Below, piece after piece: positions 1 through 57,590 of a stretch of DNA of 64,000 nucleotides. Origin of the DNA: the human T2T-CHM13v2.0 reference genome, Homo sapiens; the NCBI RefSeq assembly GCF_009914755.1, contig NC_060927.1; one strand, given 5' to 3'. Position 1 is the stretch's first letter; each line of letters opens with the position of its first letter. Below the pieces are notes generated by a model. It saw only the letters and a program-made list of their open reading frames with translations, was not told the DNA's origin and ran no database searches. The position numbers were made by a program, and so were the translations under genes.

Positions 1-984
1 CCTCTTGTTTACTTCACTCTTTCCTGAGTGTAAGCATTTTCCCAGGTTATAACTTTTACCCTCTTCTCTTTCTCTAGATTCTTCCTTAGCAAATTCTGTG
101 GTGTTGATATTAGCTATATGCAGATGGCTCCTCAAATTCCAGTGAATTACATATTGGCATTCACCTCCACAAATCTGTTCTTTCTTCTGTCTTCTCTACA
201 TTCCCACCTTCAATCAGTTATCAAATTCTACCAATTCTGTTTGCCACAATCTCTCTCACATTTATCCCTTTTCAGCACAACATCCACTGCATTAGTTGCC
301 ATCACCCAGTTTTGGTCTTCATTGTCTCAATGTCTTTAAATTGAGATATTAAAATGGACATCTAAAATGTTTTTACTGCTTCCCATCTCTTTTTCCTACA
401 ATTGAGCATATACGCTACTGCCAAATTAATTTTCCTAAAAGAAATCCTGATCACATTACTACTCTGCTCAGCAATTTCTGGTGACTATTAAATCACTGTC
501 TACTAATCTCACTCCAACTGACTTTTCTGTGCTTACTGTCATACTTATCTCCTTTCGAGAATGGCCACTAGAGGAAAATGTAATTCTAATATTTCTGTAA
601 TCATATCCAATGACATCTCTTTTTCATGTCTGTTTGCATTGTTTCTGCTTCATGGAAACCCCTTCTTCCCCACCCTTTCATGTCCAAACCCCGTAAGGCT
701 CACTCAAATACCACCTATGCTATGGAGTATTCTCTGCCCCCTCACCTTTTACTATAGCTGGAAGTAATATAGTGTTTTCTGAGTTCTTTGTTTTCTCACC
801 CTTATATGACATTTACTAAACTCTATCTTATTATAGTTATTTAATTATTTATATATGAATCTGATATCTTCTTTCAAACACTTAGAGGACAAAGTCATTT
901 ATATATATTTTTCCCCACCCACCCCAGTCATTTATATATTATATGAATGTATATAATATGTATAATATATAAGTATATATATAA

Positions 985-1284
<300 letters not shown>

Positions 1285-1805
1285 GTGATTTATATTTTTA
1301 TCCAAGAGCACGTAGAATAGTGCCTAGCAGACAGGCCCACAGTAAATCTTCGAATTCATAAATTTATTCACCCTCAGACCCTCAAATGTAGCCACATGAC
1401 TGCAGATAGATGTAGACAGGCATGAAGGTTACTTTTATTTTATTGTGGGTATTTTGGTTGCTTTTTAAATAAGAAAACTTGGGGGTGATTTGTATCTCTT
1501 TCACAAAGGGAGTAGTTTGAGAAAATGTGGGTAACTTGTTCTCCTGTAGTCATGTTTGTGTGTGTGTGCATGTGCATGTGTGTGTAACATATACAAACAG
1601 ATGATAACAGCAACAAAAGGGAATAAGTATTTAAAACTACCCTTCCTTAAGTTGGAAAATCAGAAAAAAGACAAGACTCTTCCTTTACTGTCTTTTCTAA
1701 TTTGAACCTGTAGCCTATTTTCTTCATTTGCTAGAGGAAAATGGATAGATTTTTGTTTCAAACCGTTAAGTTCTTCCCCACCTCTCATATGTTTCTCTGC
1801 CTGAG

Positions 1806-1842
1806 TATGTGTTTGTGTGTGTGTGTGTGTGTGTGTGGTGTG
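1806..1842. repeat. (GT)n microsatellite (a second imperfect one lies at about 1556-1585)
   Basis: Direct reading. Confidence 0.9.
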
Positions 1843-2299
1843 TTTACTTTTATTCACGTGTTACTTTGAGGGTGAAAAGCCTTCTCTAACATTAGAAAGA
1901 TTGTTCAAATCCTGAAGGGGCAATTTCCTGAAGTTAGTAAACAACTTCTATTAAAAATCTTTCCTCTGTTTGCTATCCCAGAATAATAGATATGTTAAGA
2001 GGAAATGGGCATCCAGAGTCCCTGACTCTTGTTTAAGGAACTCCCTATGCCAGGAAAGAAGTGAGGCTTCCTTCAGAGCTACATACAGGAAAGACTAATC
2101 AATAGGTACGCAGTGGGAAAACAAAAATTATTAAACATGCATATTGGTTTCTCAAGGATGCTATTTGTAGTGTCAAGTTGGTTTTAAGAAAGGAAAACAT
2201 TTTTAGTCATAGTTCCTAGATTTTATATCCTATTACCCAGGCTCATCAGTTTTGATTTTTGACCTGGGCAATCACTTAGAACCACTCTCTTAAACGTGT

Positions 2300-8483
<6,184 letters not shown>

Positions 8484-8860
8484 AGTTATTATGCTTTTGA
8501 ATGTCCTCTCCACACTTCTCTTTTCTCTTTCTCTGAGTGGGTCTGTATAGTATGTCCTTTCTCTCTCCTCTTTTTTGTCTGATCAGAACTGACCTTCTCT
8601 TCTTCATGCAAGCTCTCTTCCTCTGCCATCACTACACACTCTCAGCCTCTGTATATACCTCTTCTTAGTTCCTAAGTGCCTATTAAAAATGGCTCTGGCT
8701 TTTTATATTCATATGGTGAAATAAAATGTATTACTTCTTTCTCTTCCATTTTCTTTTTCCACATTAACTTGTTCATGATAAAACCAAAGGAATGCTGGAT
8801 TATGAGTTAAATATAGAAGCTCTACACCTAACCCTAATACTAATTAAAATGTCACTTTGG

Positions 8861-8991
8861 GGCCAGATGTAGCGGCTCATGCCTGTAATCCCAGCACTTT
8901 GGGAGGCTGAGGCAGGAGGATTGCTTGAGGCCAGGAGTTTGAGACCAGCCTGGTCAACATAGCAAGACCCCATCTCTACAATAAAAAAAAA
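8861..8991 (+). mobile_element. Alu left monomer (FLAM_C-like)
   Basis: GGCC...GACCCCATCTCTAC followed by A tail, about 130 bp. Confidence 0.88.
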
Positions 8992-9009
8992 GTCACTGTT
9001 CATTTATTG

Positions 9010-9332
9010 ATTTTTATTTTTATTTATTTATTTATTTTTTATTTCTTTGAGATGGAGTCTTGCTCTGTCTCCCAGTCTGGAGTACAGTGTTGTGAGATCT
9101 CAGCTCACTGCAACCTCCACCTCCTGGGTTAAAGTGATCCTCCCATCTCAGCCTCCCAAGTAGCTGGGATTACAGGCATGCACCACCATGCCTGGCAAAT
9201 TTTTGTATTTTTAGTGGAGGTGGGGTTTCACTGTGTTGGCCAGGCTGGTCTTGAACTCCTGACCTCAAGTGATCCGTCCACCTCAGCTTCCTGAAGTTCT
9301 GGGATTACAGGGGTGAACCACTGCAACTGGCC
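9010..9332 (-). mobile_element. Alu (S/J)
   Basis: Antisense Alu; TSD AAAAGTCACTGTT at 8988-9000 and 9334-9346. Confidence 0.93.
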
Positions 9333-9681
9333 CAAAAGTCACTGTTTAGAAATGTCATTTGACCTGTCTGGATTTCAGTTTCTTGATTTGTAAAATTGAA
9401 GGATTAGTGAAGTCAACCTAAAGCATTTCTGTGTGCTATGGTTGGGATTACAATGACCCTAATATCTCGTTTCAAATGCAGATTTTTCAGGTCTCTTGAC
9501 TTCTTGCTCCTCCTATTAGTTTCCTGCCATTAGTTTCCTCTCTTATATCCCTCATAGCTAAACTATTTCCTATGAGGTTTTTGTTTGTTTGTTGTTTTTG
9601 TTTGTTTTTTGGTTGTTTTTTTAATCTATAAGTTGCCTATTTTCCTCCTAAACCACTTACACTTCTTTCATTCATTTAGTC

Positions 9682-9891
9682 CAAGCTTGTCCAACCTGCA
9701 GCCTGCAGGCCACATGCAGCCCAGGACATCTTTGAATGTGGCCCAGTACAAATTTATAAACTTTCTTAAAACATTATTAGATTTTTTTTTTAGCTCACCA
9801 ATTATTGTTAGTGTTGGTGTATTTTATGTGTGGCCCAAGACAATATATCTTCCAATGTGGCCCAGGGAAGCCAAAAGATTGGACACCCCTG
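9682..9891 (-). mobile_element. MER30 (hAT-Charlie MITE)
   Basis: Ends CAAGCTTGTCCAA ... TTGGACACCCCTG; perfect 8-bp TSD ATTTAGTC (9674-9681 and 9892-9899). Confidence 0.9.
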
Positions 9892-10162
9892 ATTTAGTCC
9901 ATCAATTGGATACCGATCTTACTACCCAGACTATATCACTCCAGCTCAAACTCCTTTTTTTCTTCCTCTATGATGATCTAACATAGATCATCTGTTTGGG
10001 GTTCATGATAGCTAGCATTTTTTTTTCTGTTCCTTTTTATTCCCTTTCTATTTATTCTTTTTATTACAACAAAGAGAACCTTTCTCTAGAAGATGTTACA
10101 AGATCTTTTGGGAAAGTTGTTCCCTCCCCTGATGTTAATTAGTCCTAGATTAGTCACCTAAC

Positions 10163-10454
10163 TTTTTTTTTTTTTTTGAGACGGAGTCTTGCTCTGTCGC
10201 CAGTATGGAGTGCAGTGGCACCATCTCTCGGCTCACTGCAACCTCTGACTCCCTGGTTCAAGCGATTCTCCTGCTTCAGCCTCCCCGCTAGCTGGGATTA
10301 TAGGTGCATGTCACCACGCCCAGCTAATTTTTGTATTTTTGGTAGACACAGGGTTTCACCATGTTGGTCAGGATGGTCTCGATCTCCTGACCTCGTGATC
10401 CACCCACCTTGGCCCCCCAAAGTGCTGGGATTACGAGCATGAGCCACCGTGCCC
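10163..10454 (-). mobile_element. Alu (AluSc-like)
   Basis: 14-bp TSD TAGTCACCTAACTT (10151 and 10455). Confidence 0.93.
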
Positions 10455-11537
10455 TAGTCACCTAACTTCTTGTCCGCTACCCGCCATACACTTTAAGTTC
10501 CCTTCCCTAGAAAGCTAACCCAAGGATTAGGCACTTAGAATGAGAAATCCACATCCTGAGAGTTCTGACATCTCTGGCCTCTCTTTGCTATCTTTATTCC
10601 ATTCTATTCTCTTTATTCCACATTAGCATAAAACACCTTAAAAATTGCAGGTGTAAACTGTAATTTCCAAGGTTCATTATAATGCTAACATTCTACTTAT
10701 ATGTGGGAATGCTGGTGTGGTAGTACACATAAGGAATATATGTTGTAGTGTGCCATATTTCAATGTGTGAATCTCTCTATATGTTCTTACTGGAGTTCCT
10801 TATTCTTCTACTTTCTATTTGCTGTTCAAGTTCTTTGAGAAAACAATACAACAGGATGTTCCTTCCAACTGCATGATTTTTGTCACTGGACAGTCTATTC
10901 TAAGTCCCTGGCTCCTTTCTTACCCTTGTTAACTTGTCCCTGAGGAAACTGTGGTGAGGATTACAATTAATCCAAGAGTCCAAGTTACCCAGGCTGAACC
11001 TGAGAGCTTTTTACCTCCCAGTGCTTCTTGAGTTTTGAGGAAGTCGTTTGGGTTAGCCATTCCTGTTTACTTGGAGTTCTTCCTTGACCCTTCTTGCTCT
11101 CTACAGCAGAAGATATTCCTTGAGAAAAACACCTAAGGTCCAAATATCCTCTTCTACTGGTTCTCCCAATTTAAAGCACTGTCACTTTTGCTACAAATCC
11201 ACCTTGTTCTTGTCATGTCTGTACAAAGTAGGGTTTCTCTGTGTGTGTGTGGAGTGAGCGGGTAGAGGCAAAGGGGAAGGTGGGTATAGGAAGGGAACTT
11301 GAAGGGAATGCCTATTACCTCTAACACTAAAGAGTGAAGAATTCCACTCCTTTTTCCTAGTCTGTTCACTTCATTCACCATTATTGTCTCTATTTGGATT
11401 TCTCAGATAATTCTTTCCTCCTCCCTCCTCCTCCTCCTCCATTTGTCCCCACACTGAGAACAGTATGAACCCTAAGTCTGTATTATTCAAATCTCTCAGT
11501 TCTGGTTTTAGACTGACTGATTTAGCTCTCTCAACAG

Positions 11538-44155
<32,618 letters not shown>

Positions 44156-44483
44156 TATATGACTGTCACCATTGTAAGACATTTTGATGTTATTCTAAGT
44201 GACATGTTAAACCATTGGAAGTTTAGAACATGAGAGTGACATAATGTGATCATTTAAGATCACTTTGGCTGCTAAGGGGAGAATTATCTATAGTCAGGAA
44301 GGAAAAGAAGTAAGGAGTTAAGTTAGGAGGCTTTTGCAATAGTTCAGGCAATAGATGGTAGTGACTTGGACAAGGTGATAGTAGTGGAGGTGGAGAGAAA
44401 TGGTTTGACTTGGAATTAAACTTTAAGCTAGAACTGACAAGATTTGAGTGTAGTTTGGATACACAATTTAAAAGAAAGAAATG

Positions 44484-44895
44484 CGCCAGATGTGGTGCCT
44501 TACACCTGTAATCTCAATTCTTTGCAAGGATAAGGCAGGAAGATTCTTTGAAGCCGGGAGTTCAAGACCACTCTAGGCAACATAATGAGACCCCCTCTCT
44601 ACAAGAAATAAAAATAAAAAAATTAGCCGGGTGTGGTGGTGTGCACCTGCAACCCCAGCTTCTCAGGAGGCTGAGGCAGAACAATCCCTTGAGCCCAGGT
44701 GCTTAAAGCTGCAATGAGCTATGATCACACCACTGTACTCCAGCCTGGACAATAGGACCCTGTCTCAAAATGAAAGAAGCGGTGGGGGGTGGAGAGAGAG
44801 AGAGAAAGGAAGGAAGGAAGGAAGGAAGGAAGGAAGGAAGGAAGGAAGGAAGGAAGGAAGGAAGGAAAAAGAAAAGAAAAAGAAAGAAAGAAAAA
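44484..44895 (+). mobile_element. AluJ followed by a (GA)n/(GGAA)n/(GAAA)n purine tract (about 44790-44895)
   Basis: Direct reading. Confidence 0.88.
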
Positions 44896-45280
44896 AGCTC
44901 ACTCCTAGATTTGGTCCTAAGTAGTAAGGATGAATCAGGATGCAATTTTCTAGAAATAGCAAAGACTAGGATAAGAAAAGTTTTCTGGTATGAGTTTTGT
45001 TTTGGACATGTTGAGCTTCTACCCATGCTAATGGATATCCAATTAGAGACATTAAGTTAGCAGTTTCATATATGAGTCTGAAGATCAGGTACGAGGTTGG
45101 AGCTAGAAACATAAACTTGAGAATCATCAGCATATATATGGTATTTAAAGCCATCAAACTGGAAGAGATTTCCCAAGAAGTGAATGTGTATAGAGAAATG
45201 ATGAGCAAGAAGGACAGTTTGACAAGAATAAGGGGCAAAGAAGTAAAATATACAAAGGAAGCTAGGGATCAGATCATGTA

Positions 45281-45452
45281 GGTTCGGGTGTGCTGGTGTG
45301 CACTTGTAGTCCCAGCTACTCAGAAGGCTGAGGTAAGGAGGATTGCTGGAGCCCAGGAGTTTGAGGCTACAGGGAGTGATGATCACACCACTGCACTCCA
45401 GCCTGGCCCATAGAGTGAGACCCCATCTCTAAAAAAAAGAGAGAGAGAGAGA
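45281..45452 (+). mobile_element. Alu right monomer (FRAM/AluJ)
   Basis: Right-arm consensus plus A/GA tail. Confidence 0.82.
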
Positions 45453-45748
45453 AATGGTCAAGGAATGGTTGAGCTTGGGGGTCCTCCAACATTGGAGGTT
45501 TGGAGAAGAGGAGGATGCAGCAAAGGCAATGAGATGGGTGACCTATGAAATATGAGGAAACTCAGGAGAATGCAGTTTAATATAAATGACACACTCTGTG
45601 TTGTAATTAGATAAAAATGAATTTTTATCTTTGACCTAAAGAAAGTACTTTTTCCTATTAGTAAACCTGGGTTCTGGTAATTTCTATGTATGTTTGCCTA
45701 AATCCTTTTTCCTCCACAATTTAATTCAATTTGATGGTCCTTCCTTCC

Positions 45749-46040
45749 TTTTTTTTTTTTTGAAACAGGGTCTCACCCTGTCACCCAAGCTGAGTGAAGT
45801 GGTGTGATCATGGCTCACTGCAGCCTCAACCTCCAGCACTCAAGCAATCCTCCCTCCTCAGCCTCCCTAGCAGCTAGAACTACAGGATGTGCCACCATGC
45901 CCAATTAGTTTTTTATTTTTTGTCAAGACTAAGTCTCGCTAAGTTGCCCAGGCTGGTCTCAAACTCCTGGATGCAAGTGATCCCCCTACCTTGGCCTCAC
46001 AAAGTGCTGAGATTACAGGTATGAGCCACTGTGTCCAGCC
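45749..46040 (-). mobile_element. AluJ
   Basis: Antisense J-type consensus. Confidence 0.9.
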
Positions 46041-47763
46041 ACATTCATCATTTTCTTCTCCCTTGACCAATAACCTGCAACTACACTAGCAATCTTTGCT
46101 TCTGAAACATGCCAAGATTGTTCCTGACAAGATCTTTCCACTGCCTAGAATATTCTTTACCCTGATCTTGGGTTGACTCTTATTGTCACTCAGTTCTTAG
46201 ATCACCTCTTCATCACCTGATCTCTCCATTTGAAATAGCTATCTAGCATATCATGGGCAAATACACATTTCTGAGGAATAAAAGGCAATGGAGTCAGTTC
46301 AACCAGCAAATATTTGTTGAGCACTTGCTATGTTCTAGATGTGCTATATTCAAAAAAGACAAGGATGAATGAAACACAATTCTTGCCATCAATGAGCTCA
46401 AAAGTTTTTCAATTTTCAGAAATTTTCTATCAAAAGCTTTGTGTTTTTCTAATTGTAGTATCTGACTCTCAATCTTTTTCTGTCTTCTACAATCACTTTT
46501 GGTGTTTCCCACATCCATTAACAGAAACCATTAACATCCAGGACTCACAATTCTTTGACCTCTTTTGAAATTCCATGACCTCCATTTTACCTAAGATAAC
46601 TCAATCGTCCTCAGACTAAGCTATATGTCACACTTAAATATGCCTTGAAAAATGCTACCTGCAAGATCTCCGTTTAAAAAATCTTCTCTAATATTAATCT
46701 TCTGCACGTTTACTTTTCTCCTTCCTCTTAATCGAACTCACTGTTTGTTTTTATTGTAATCTTCAATTGATATGTCTCACTTCTCTCAGATTACATTCCA
46801 GTATGGTTTCATTTGTCTTGAAACTAACCTGGACACCATGGTCAATTATTTTAGCTCTTTGTTTGCTACCACCTCAAAATTTTCCCCTTTCTTGACTTTC
46901 ATCATTTCTGCTAATCTGTACCACTACACAAATCTATATTATTTCTATTGCTCTTTCTGGGGTGCCTGGAACTGCAGGAGAATATCACAAGAGTACGATT
47001 ATATGGTTCAAAATTCAATACCGTCTACCCATTTTCCAAATTAGGAACATAGGCATTATCCATTGACTCTAGTAACAAGTCTTGAAACCTACCTACTAAA
47101 TAGGTTTCAAATCTGTCCACTTCTATCCTTTCCTATTGCCACTATCAAAATCACCATTATATCTCTAGATTTTTACAACAACCTTTTATGCTTAATCTAT
47201 TTTTTCTTAAAGCTGTTATCAATGTGATATATTTTAATATATAGCTCATCTGCGTAACAACCCTTCATTGCTCCCTACTTTAAGGATAAACTTCCAACTC
47301 CATAATAAGATCAACAGTGCCCTATCTGCCCTGGCCCCTACCTACCTATCTAGCCTTATCTTTGCTATGGCCCTTGTCAAGTTGCATATATGCAACACAT
47401 ATACACACAGATTTGTTGAGATCTCAATCAGGATTGCATTACATCTATAGAATAGATCTTTTCCAATATTGAGTCTTTCAAACTTGCTTTTCTCTTTCTA
47501 ATTTCTTAAGATGGGTTGATTTTTCAGCCTTTATTCTTTTTATAATATGTGTACTTAGGCAATTAATTTTTAAAATTTGATTAATTTTTCTGTGATCACA
47601 ACTTGAGCTGCAACCTATTAGACATTTTTCTTCTTACCTCTATTCTGTAGCTCCAACTTTACATCATATTTGTTTAAAACCTCATTTAAATGTCACCACT
47701 TCTATGAGGCCTTTTGTAGTCCACCTCTGGGATACACCTGCTCCTACCTCTAAACCTCAGTAG

Positions 47764-50187
<2,424 letters not shown>

Positions 50188-51699
50188 TAAGTGATTACCC
50201 TTGGGTTGTTACATACATCCTGAACTTCTTATAGTAAATATACATGATTAATTTAACCTCTTCCCTAGCAATGCTCAGATTTTAGAACATTATAATTCCA
50301 TTTAGTCTCTTCTACCTTTTGTTTTATTGTTTTCATGTATTGTAATCCTAAACATATTTTACACCCCACAAGACAATATATTAGTGTTGCATATCCTCAA
50401 TATTCATTTAGATTAATCCATACAATTACTCTTTCTATTGTCTTTCACTCCTTACTGAATTTCTAGGCTTTTATCTGAAATTATTTTCCTTCTGCCTGAA
50501 GAACTACCTTTTATAGTAATTTTAGTGTAATTCTGCTTAGGAAGTATTATCTGTTCTTGTTATTCTGACAACATTTTCATTTCTCCTTCATTTTTGCAGG
50601 ATGTTTTTGCTGGGTGTATTTTCTGGGTCTGTAATTCTAGATTACCAGTTACTTTCTTCACTACTTATATTCTCACTGCCACCATTTTATTGAAAGTCAG
50701 CACCAAATCAATTAAAAACTGAAGGTAATATTTCTCCCCCTCAGGCTGTTATAAATTTTTTTCTTTGACCTTGGTTTTTATTAGTGTTACTGTAATGTGC
50801 CAAGATGTGACTTTCTTTATATTCATCCTGCTTGGGATTTTCAGGAATTCATGCCTCAGTGGCTTTATGTCTTTCATTAGTTTTGGGAAAATTTTAGCCA
50901 TTAACTTTTCAAAGATCATCTCTTCCCTATTCTCTCTTTCTCTCTCTGCTATCCTTTTGGAACTCCAATTACATGAAAGTTAGATTTGTTCATGTTATTC
51001 CTTACGTTTCTTATGTTCTTTTTTATATTTTCCATCTTTTTCCCTCTCTGAGTGTCAGCTCTGTGATAAGGTAGTCTTGAGGACTTGTGTCTGCTGGAAG
51101 GAACTGATCTGACTTGGAGAACCTCAAAAAAGCTCTATCTCTGGATATTCATGAAAAGAATAGCAATTAGAAGCAATCTGCTCAAAGTCAGCATTGCAAC
51201 TGCTTAGGGCTGCAATATAGGTTGAGGCACCAAGAGACTAGCAAATATTTTATAGGGTTACCTGAGAAACAAGAGAGCCACAAGGGACTTTGATAAGCTC
51301 TATAATATGTCTGTAATGTTCCTGGGAATTTAGAAGGTTGTGTGCATGTTCAAGGCTGCATGCATGTTCAGGAAATACCAACAGGGGCCAAGTTACTTAT
51401 TCATCTCTTACTGACCTTGGAGCTCAGTGTAAGCAGGCAATGAAACCTAAGGCAAATTTATAAACTGCCTGAACTTTGAAGGCATGTGGAAACTCATAAA
51501 CAGCTTCTCTCAGCCAGTTGCAGAAGATTTACTTATTCAAGTCATTTAAGAAAACCTTCTAACCAATCATTGTCTGACCCCTGAAGTATGTAAACACAGG
51601 GGAACCCTTAGGAAGTTAGGCTTAAAAATAGAAACAAGAATTTTTAAAAAAGTGAGCATAGATTTCTGTGGCAGCATACTGCAGGGACTCTATAGAACT

Positions 51700-53650
51700 A
51701 GCCTATGTAAATTGCTAAACAGACAACAACAAACCCTGGTGTGGGTGGGGTAATAAAATTTCAGAGTCATTAAAATACTCTGGTGTTTAGCAAAAAAAAA
51801 AAAAAATCTAAAATGTATAATTTTTGACAAAAAAGTACAACACATGCAAAGAAACAGGAGACTGTGGCCCATACTATCTGAAGAGCATACTTAATAGAGA
51901 AAACTTTTAAATCAGCTTAGTATAAATGTGTTTGGAAAATTAAAGAAAACCACTTTTAAATAATTTAAAACAAGTATGAAAACAATGCCTCATTAGACAG
52001 ACAATATCAAAAGAAAGACAGAAATTAAAGAACCAAAGAGAAACTATGGAATTAAAAAGTACAGTAACAAATACAAAACTTAATAGAAGGTTCAACAGCA
52101 AGTTTAGGCTGAAAAACGGAATCAGTGAACTTGAAGATAGGTCAATAGATGTTATCCAGTCTAAAGAAACAAACAAAAGAACTTTAAAAAAGTAACAGAG
52201 TGTCAGAAACAATGAAAAACAACTGGCATGCCAACATATGCAAAATAGAAGTTCCAAAAGGAGAGAAGGGAGAAAGAAGAAAAATAAACTACTGAAGATA
52301 CAGTAGCTGAAAATGTCCCAAGTTTGCTGGAAAACATTAATCTACACATCCAAAAAGTTTAAAGAACTCCAAGTAGCCTAAACATAAAGAGATCCACACC
52401 TAGACATATCATAGTCAAACCATCAAAAGTCAAATAAAAAGAGAAAATCTTAGAAGTAGCAAAAATAAAAAATAATTATTCACATATGAGAAATAGTAAG
52501 ACTAACAACTTGCTTCTTATCAGAAATAATGGAGCTCAGAAGTCAATAAATTGACATATTCAAAGTACTGAAAGAAAAAGAAGAAACTGACCACCAAGAA
52601 TTATATATCCAGAAAAACTATTCTTCAAAATTGAAAGCAAAATAAAGGCATTACCAGATAAAGAAAGATTAAGATAGTTTGTCACTAGTATACCTGTCCT
52701 ATGAGAAATTCTAGCTGGGTGCGGTGGCTCATGCCTGTAATCCCAGCACTTTGGGAGGCTGAGGTGGGCAGATTGCTTGAGGTCAGGAGTTCCAGACCAG
52801 CCTGGCCACTATGGTGAAACCCGATCTCTACTAAAAATACAAAAATTATCAGGGTGTGCTAGTGCATGCCTTTAATCCCAGCTACAGGAGAATAGCTTGA
52901 ACCTGGGAGGCAAAGATTGCAGTGAGCCAAGACTGCGCCACTGCACTCCAGCTTAGGTGACAGAGCAAGATTCTAGTTTTATTTTGTTGTTGTTGTTTTT
53001 TTTTTAAATAAATTCTAAAGAAAATCATTCAGACTGAAAAGGAATGAAACTGGAAGATAGTACTTGAATCACTACAAAGAAATAGCATCAATAAAGGTAA
53101 TTATATAGATAAATATAAGAAATAGTATAAATATACTTTTTACTTTTTTCTTCTCTAAATGGAGTTAAAAGACAATTGAATAAAAACAGTAATCATATAA
53201 GTTTATTTTGGCATTATAACATATATAAATATAATTTCTATTACAATAATACAAAGGAGGGGAGAGAAAATGATGCTATATTGGAACAAAGTTTCTATAT
53301 ACTAAAGTTAGTATTAATCAAAGCTAGATTGTTTCAAATGAGCATGTATATTGCAATTCCTAGAGCAACCACTAAGAATATTACTCAAAAGACTAGTGCT
53401 AAAACACCAACAAAGTAAAATGATGCAATTATAAAATACATATTTAACACAAACGGAGGCTGTAAAGAAGCAATACAGCAACCAAAAACATGAGACATGT
53501 AGAACACAGTCAAATGACAGCTATAAATCCAACCATTAAATATAAACCATATAAGTCCAACATTAAATATAAATGGAGTAAACCCTTTAATCAGAAGTGA
53601 AAAATTATAACATTGGATGAAAAAACAGGATCCAACTACATGCTATCTAC
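51700..53650 (+). mobile_element. Old L1M ORF1 region to the start of ORF2, degenerate
   Basis: A-rich; motifs ATCAGTGAACTTGAAGATAG, CACACCTAGACATATCATAGTCAAAC, CAGGATCCAACTACATGCT. Confidence 0.7.
52714..53005 (+). mobile_element. Alu (AluS) with an internal deletion and a T-rich tail
   Basis: Sense Alu; TSD AAATTCTA. Confidence 0.88.
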
Positions 53651-53816
53651 CTCTCCTCATCAGCAAAATAAGGAGAAAATCCTAGGAGCAAGCCCTAGGT
53701 TACCTAAAAATTTCTTTGCATTCTAGAATTCCTTAATTCTATCAAAAACAGTGGTTTTCCTCCAAAATAGATTAGCCAACATCACACTACTCCAAGTGTA
53801 GGTCTAAAAGGAATTG

Positions 53817-55015
<1,199 letters not shown>

Positions 55016-55356
55016 CTGGATCAAATGGTAGATCTACTTTTAGTTCTTTATAAATCTTCATACTGTTTTCCATAAAGGTTGTACTAATTTACATTCCCAC
55101 CAGCAGTGTATAATAATTCCCCTTTTACCATCCCCACCAACATCTATAAACATTAAGTTTATTAATAGCTGTATGTTTTTAGTAGATGATCTTTATCAAT
55201 TTGAAGCAGTTCCCTTCTATTCCTGTTTTCCTGAAAGTTTTTTTTTATTATCATGAATGAGTGTTAAATTTTGTCAAATTTGTTTCTGCTTTGATTAATA
55301 TGATCATGTAACTTTTCTTGTTTAGCTTGTTATTATGGGGTAGTTAACCCATTGGC

Positions 55357-55941
<585 letters not shown>

Positions 55942-56989
55942 TGCCCCATTGACTTTTAATGTAATTCTGATATGTTAGGACTTATGTCTGCCATTTTATT
56001 TTTTTTCTGCATGTTCTATTTGTCTTTTTCTGCCTTCCTGTGGGTTATGTCAACTTTTTTTTTTTTTTTAGAATTCTATTTTGTTTTATCTATAGTGTTT
56101 GTGAGTACATCTCTTTATGCAGCTTTTTAAAGTGATTGCTCTAGGCATTACATTACATTACACACACACACACAGATTTGCCTCTTGCAAAATATATATT
56201 TGTTGATTTTCTTAATTCGAATAAAATATTAGGTAGTGTCCTTGAAAATTGGGAAATTTGTGTCAGCTGATCAAACTTCAGAGAAAGATCTCCTTATATT
56301 TAGGGTTATCTCTCACATCAAGAAAAATATAAACTGGCTGCAAGGTCAAGATATATTTTGGGCCATTGGAATCGGCATCCCCAAAGGTGTTGCTGTGAGG
56401 ACTGAACAAGGGTGGAATGCTAAATATTTAACATTAGGAAGGCCAAGCAATAGTTAAGCATAACAAATATCAGCCATGGTGCTGGAGCAAGGTCATAAAG
56501 GTCCCCTGCTTGGCTCATTAAGTTGCTATTTTGTAGGGAAGTCCAGGGGGCGCCTGGCAGGAAGAGGCACAGGGCTGCCAAGGTTGCTTTGGGTAATGGC
56601 TGTTTTACCAACGAGAACAGAGAAAATCCAATATGTACTATGATGGCACAGGCCTTATATTGAAAAATATTATTGTAGGTAAAATGCTTAGCACAAAGCC
56701 TGGCACTTAGTTAAGTGCTCAGTTAATGGCCATTCTTATTCTACTACTTCCTCCTTTCCCTTCCCGCTCCTCTTCCTCCTTCTTGTTTTTGTTCACTATA
56801 TTGCATTACCCAAAAACAAATATCTGGCCTACAATGTTGAGTATAAAGTTTCTTTTCTGTCAAAATTTTTGGCCCTTCATGAAGCTATATCAGAGGTTCC
56901 TCAACTTTCTTGGGTCTCTTTGTGTCTCAGCAACTATTTTATGCTCTAGGCCAAAAGAAATACTCAATTGTTCTATTTATTAAATACAT

Positions 56990-57590
56990 AGATCCAAACA
57001 ACCCACTACTGGGTATCTATCCAAAGGAAAAGAAGTCATTATATAAAAAAGACACCTACACTCATATGTTTATCACGGCCCAATTCACAATTGCAAAGAT
57101 ACAGAATCAACCTAAATACCCATCCATGAGTGGATAAAGAAAATGTGAGATATATATGGATAGATAGATAGAGAGAGGGACAGATAGATGATCCAGATAT
57201 AGATATATAATGGAATACTACTACTCAGGCATTAAAAAGAACAAAATAGTGTCTTTTGTGCAACTTGGATAGAACGGGGGGCAATTATCCTAAGTGAAGT
57301 AACTCAGGAATGGAAAATAAAATACCATGTGTTCTCACTTATAAGTGGGACCTAAGCTGTGGGTATGCAAAGGCATACAGAGTGGTATAATGGACATTGG
57401 AGTCTCAGAAGGGGATAGGGTGGGAGAGGACTAAGGGATGAATAACCATCTAGTGGGTATAATATACACCATTTGGGTGATGTGTACACTAAAATCACAG
57501 ACTTCACCACTATATAATTCAACCTTGTAACCAAAAATAACTTGTACTACTAAAGCTATTGAAACTAAAAATAATTTTTTTAAAGAAAAA
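56990..57590 (+). mobile_element. Old L1 (L1MA-like) ORF2 end and 3' UTR
   Basis: [22 protein letters not shown] homology; ATGTTCTCACTTATAAGTGGG-like motif. Confidence 0.82.

Noticed and set aside
56200-56700. Non-repetitive, moderately GC-rich patch as an exon or enhancer of a neighbouring gene
   Set aside because: No recognisable protein similarity or convincing splice-site pair; cannot be supported from sequence alone.
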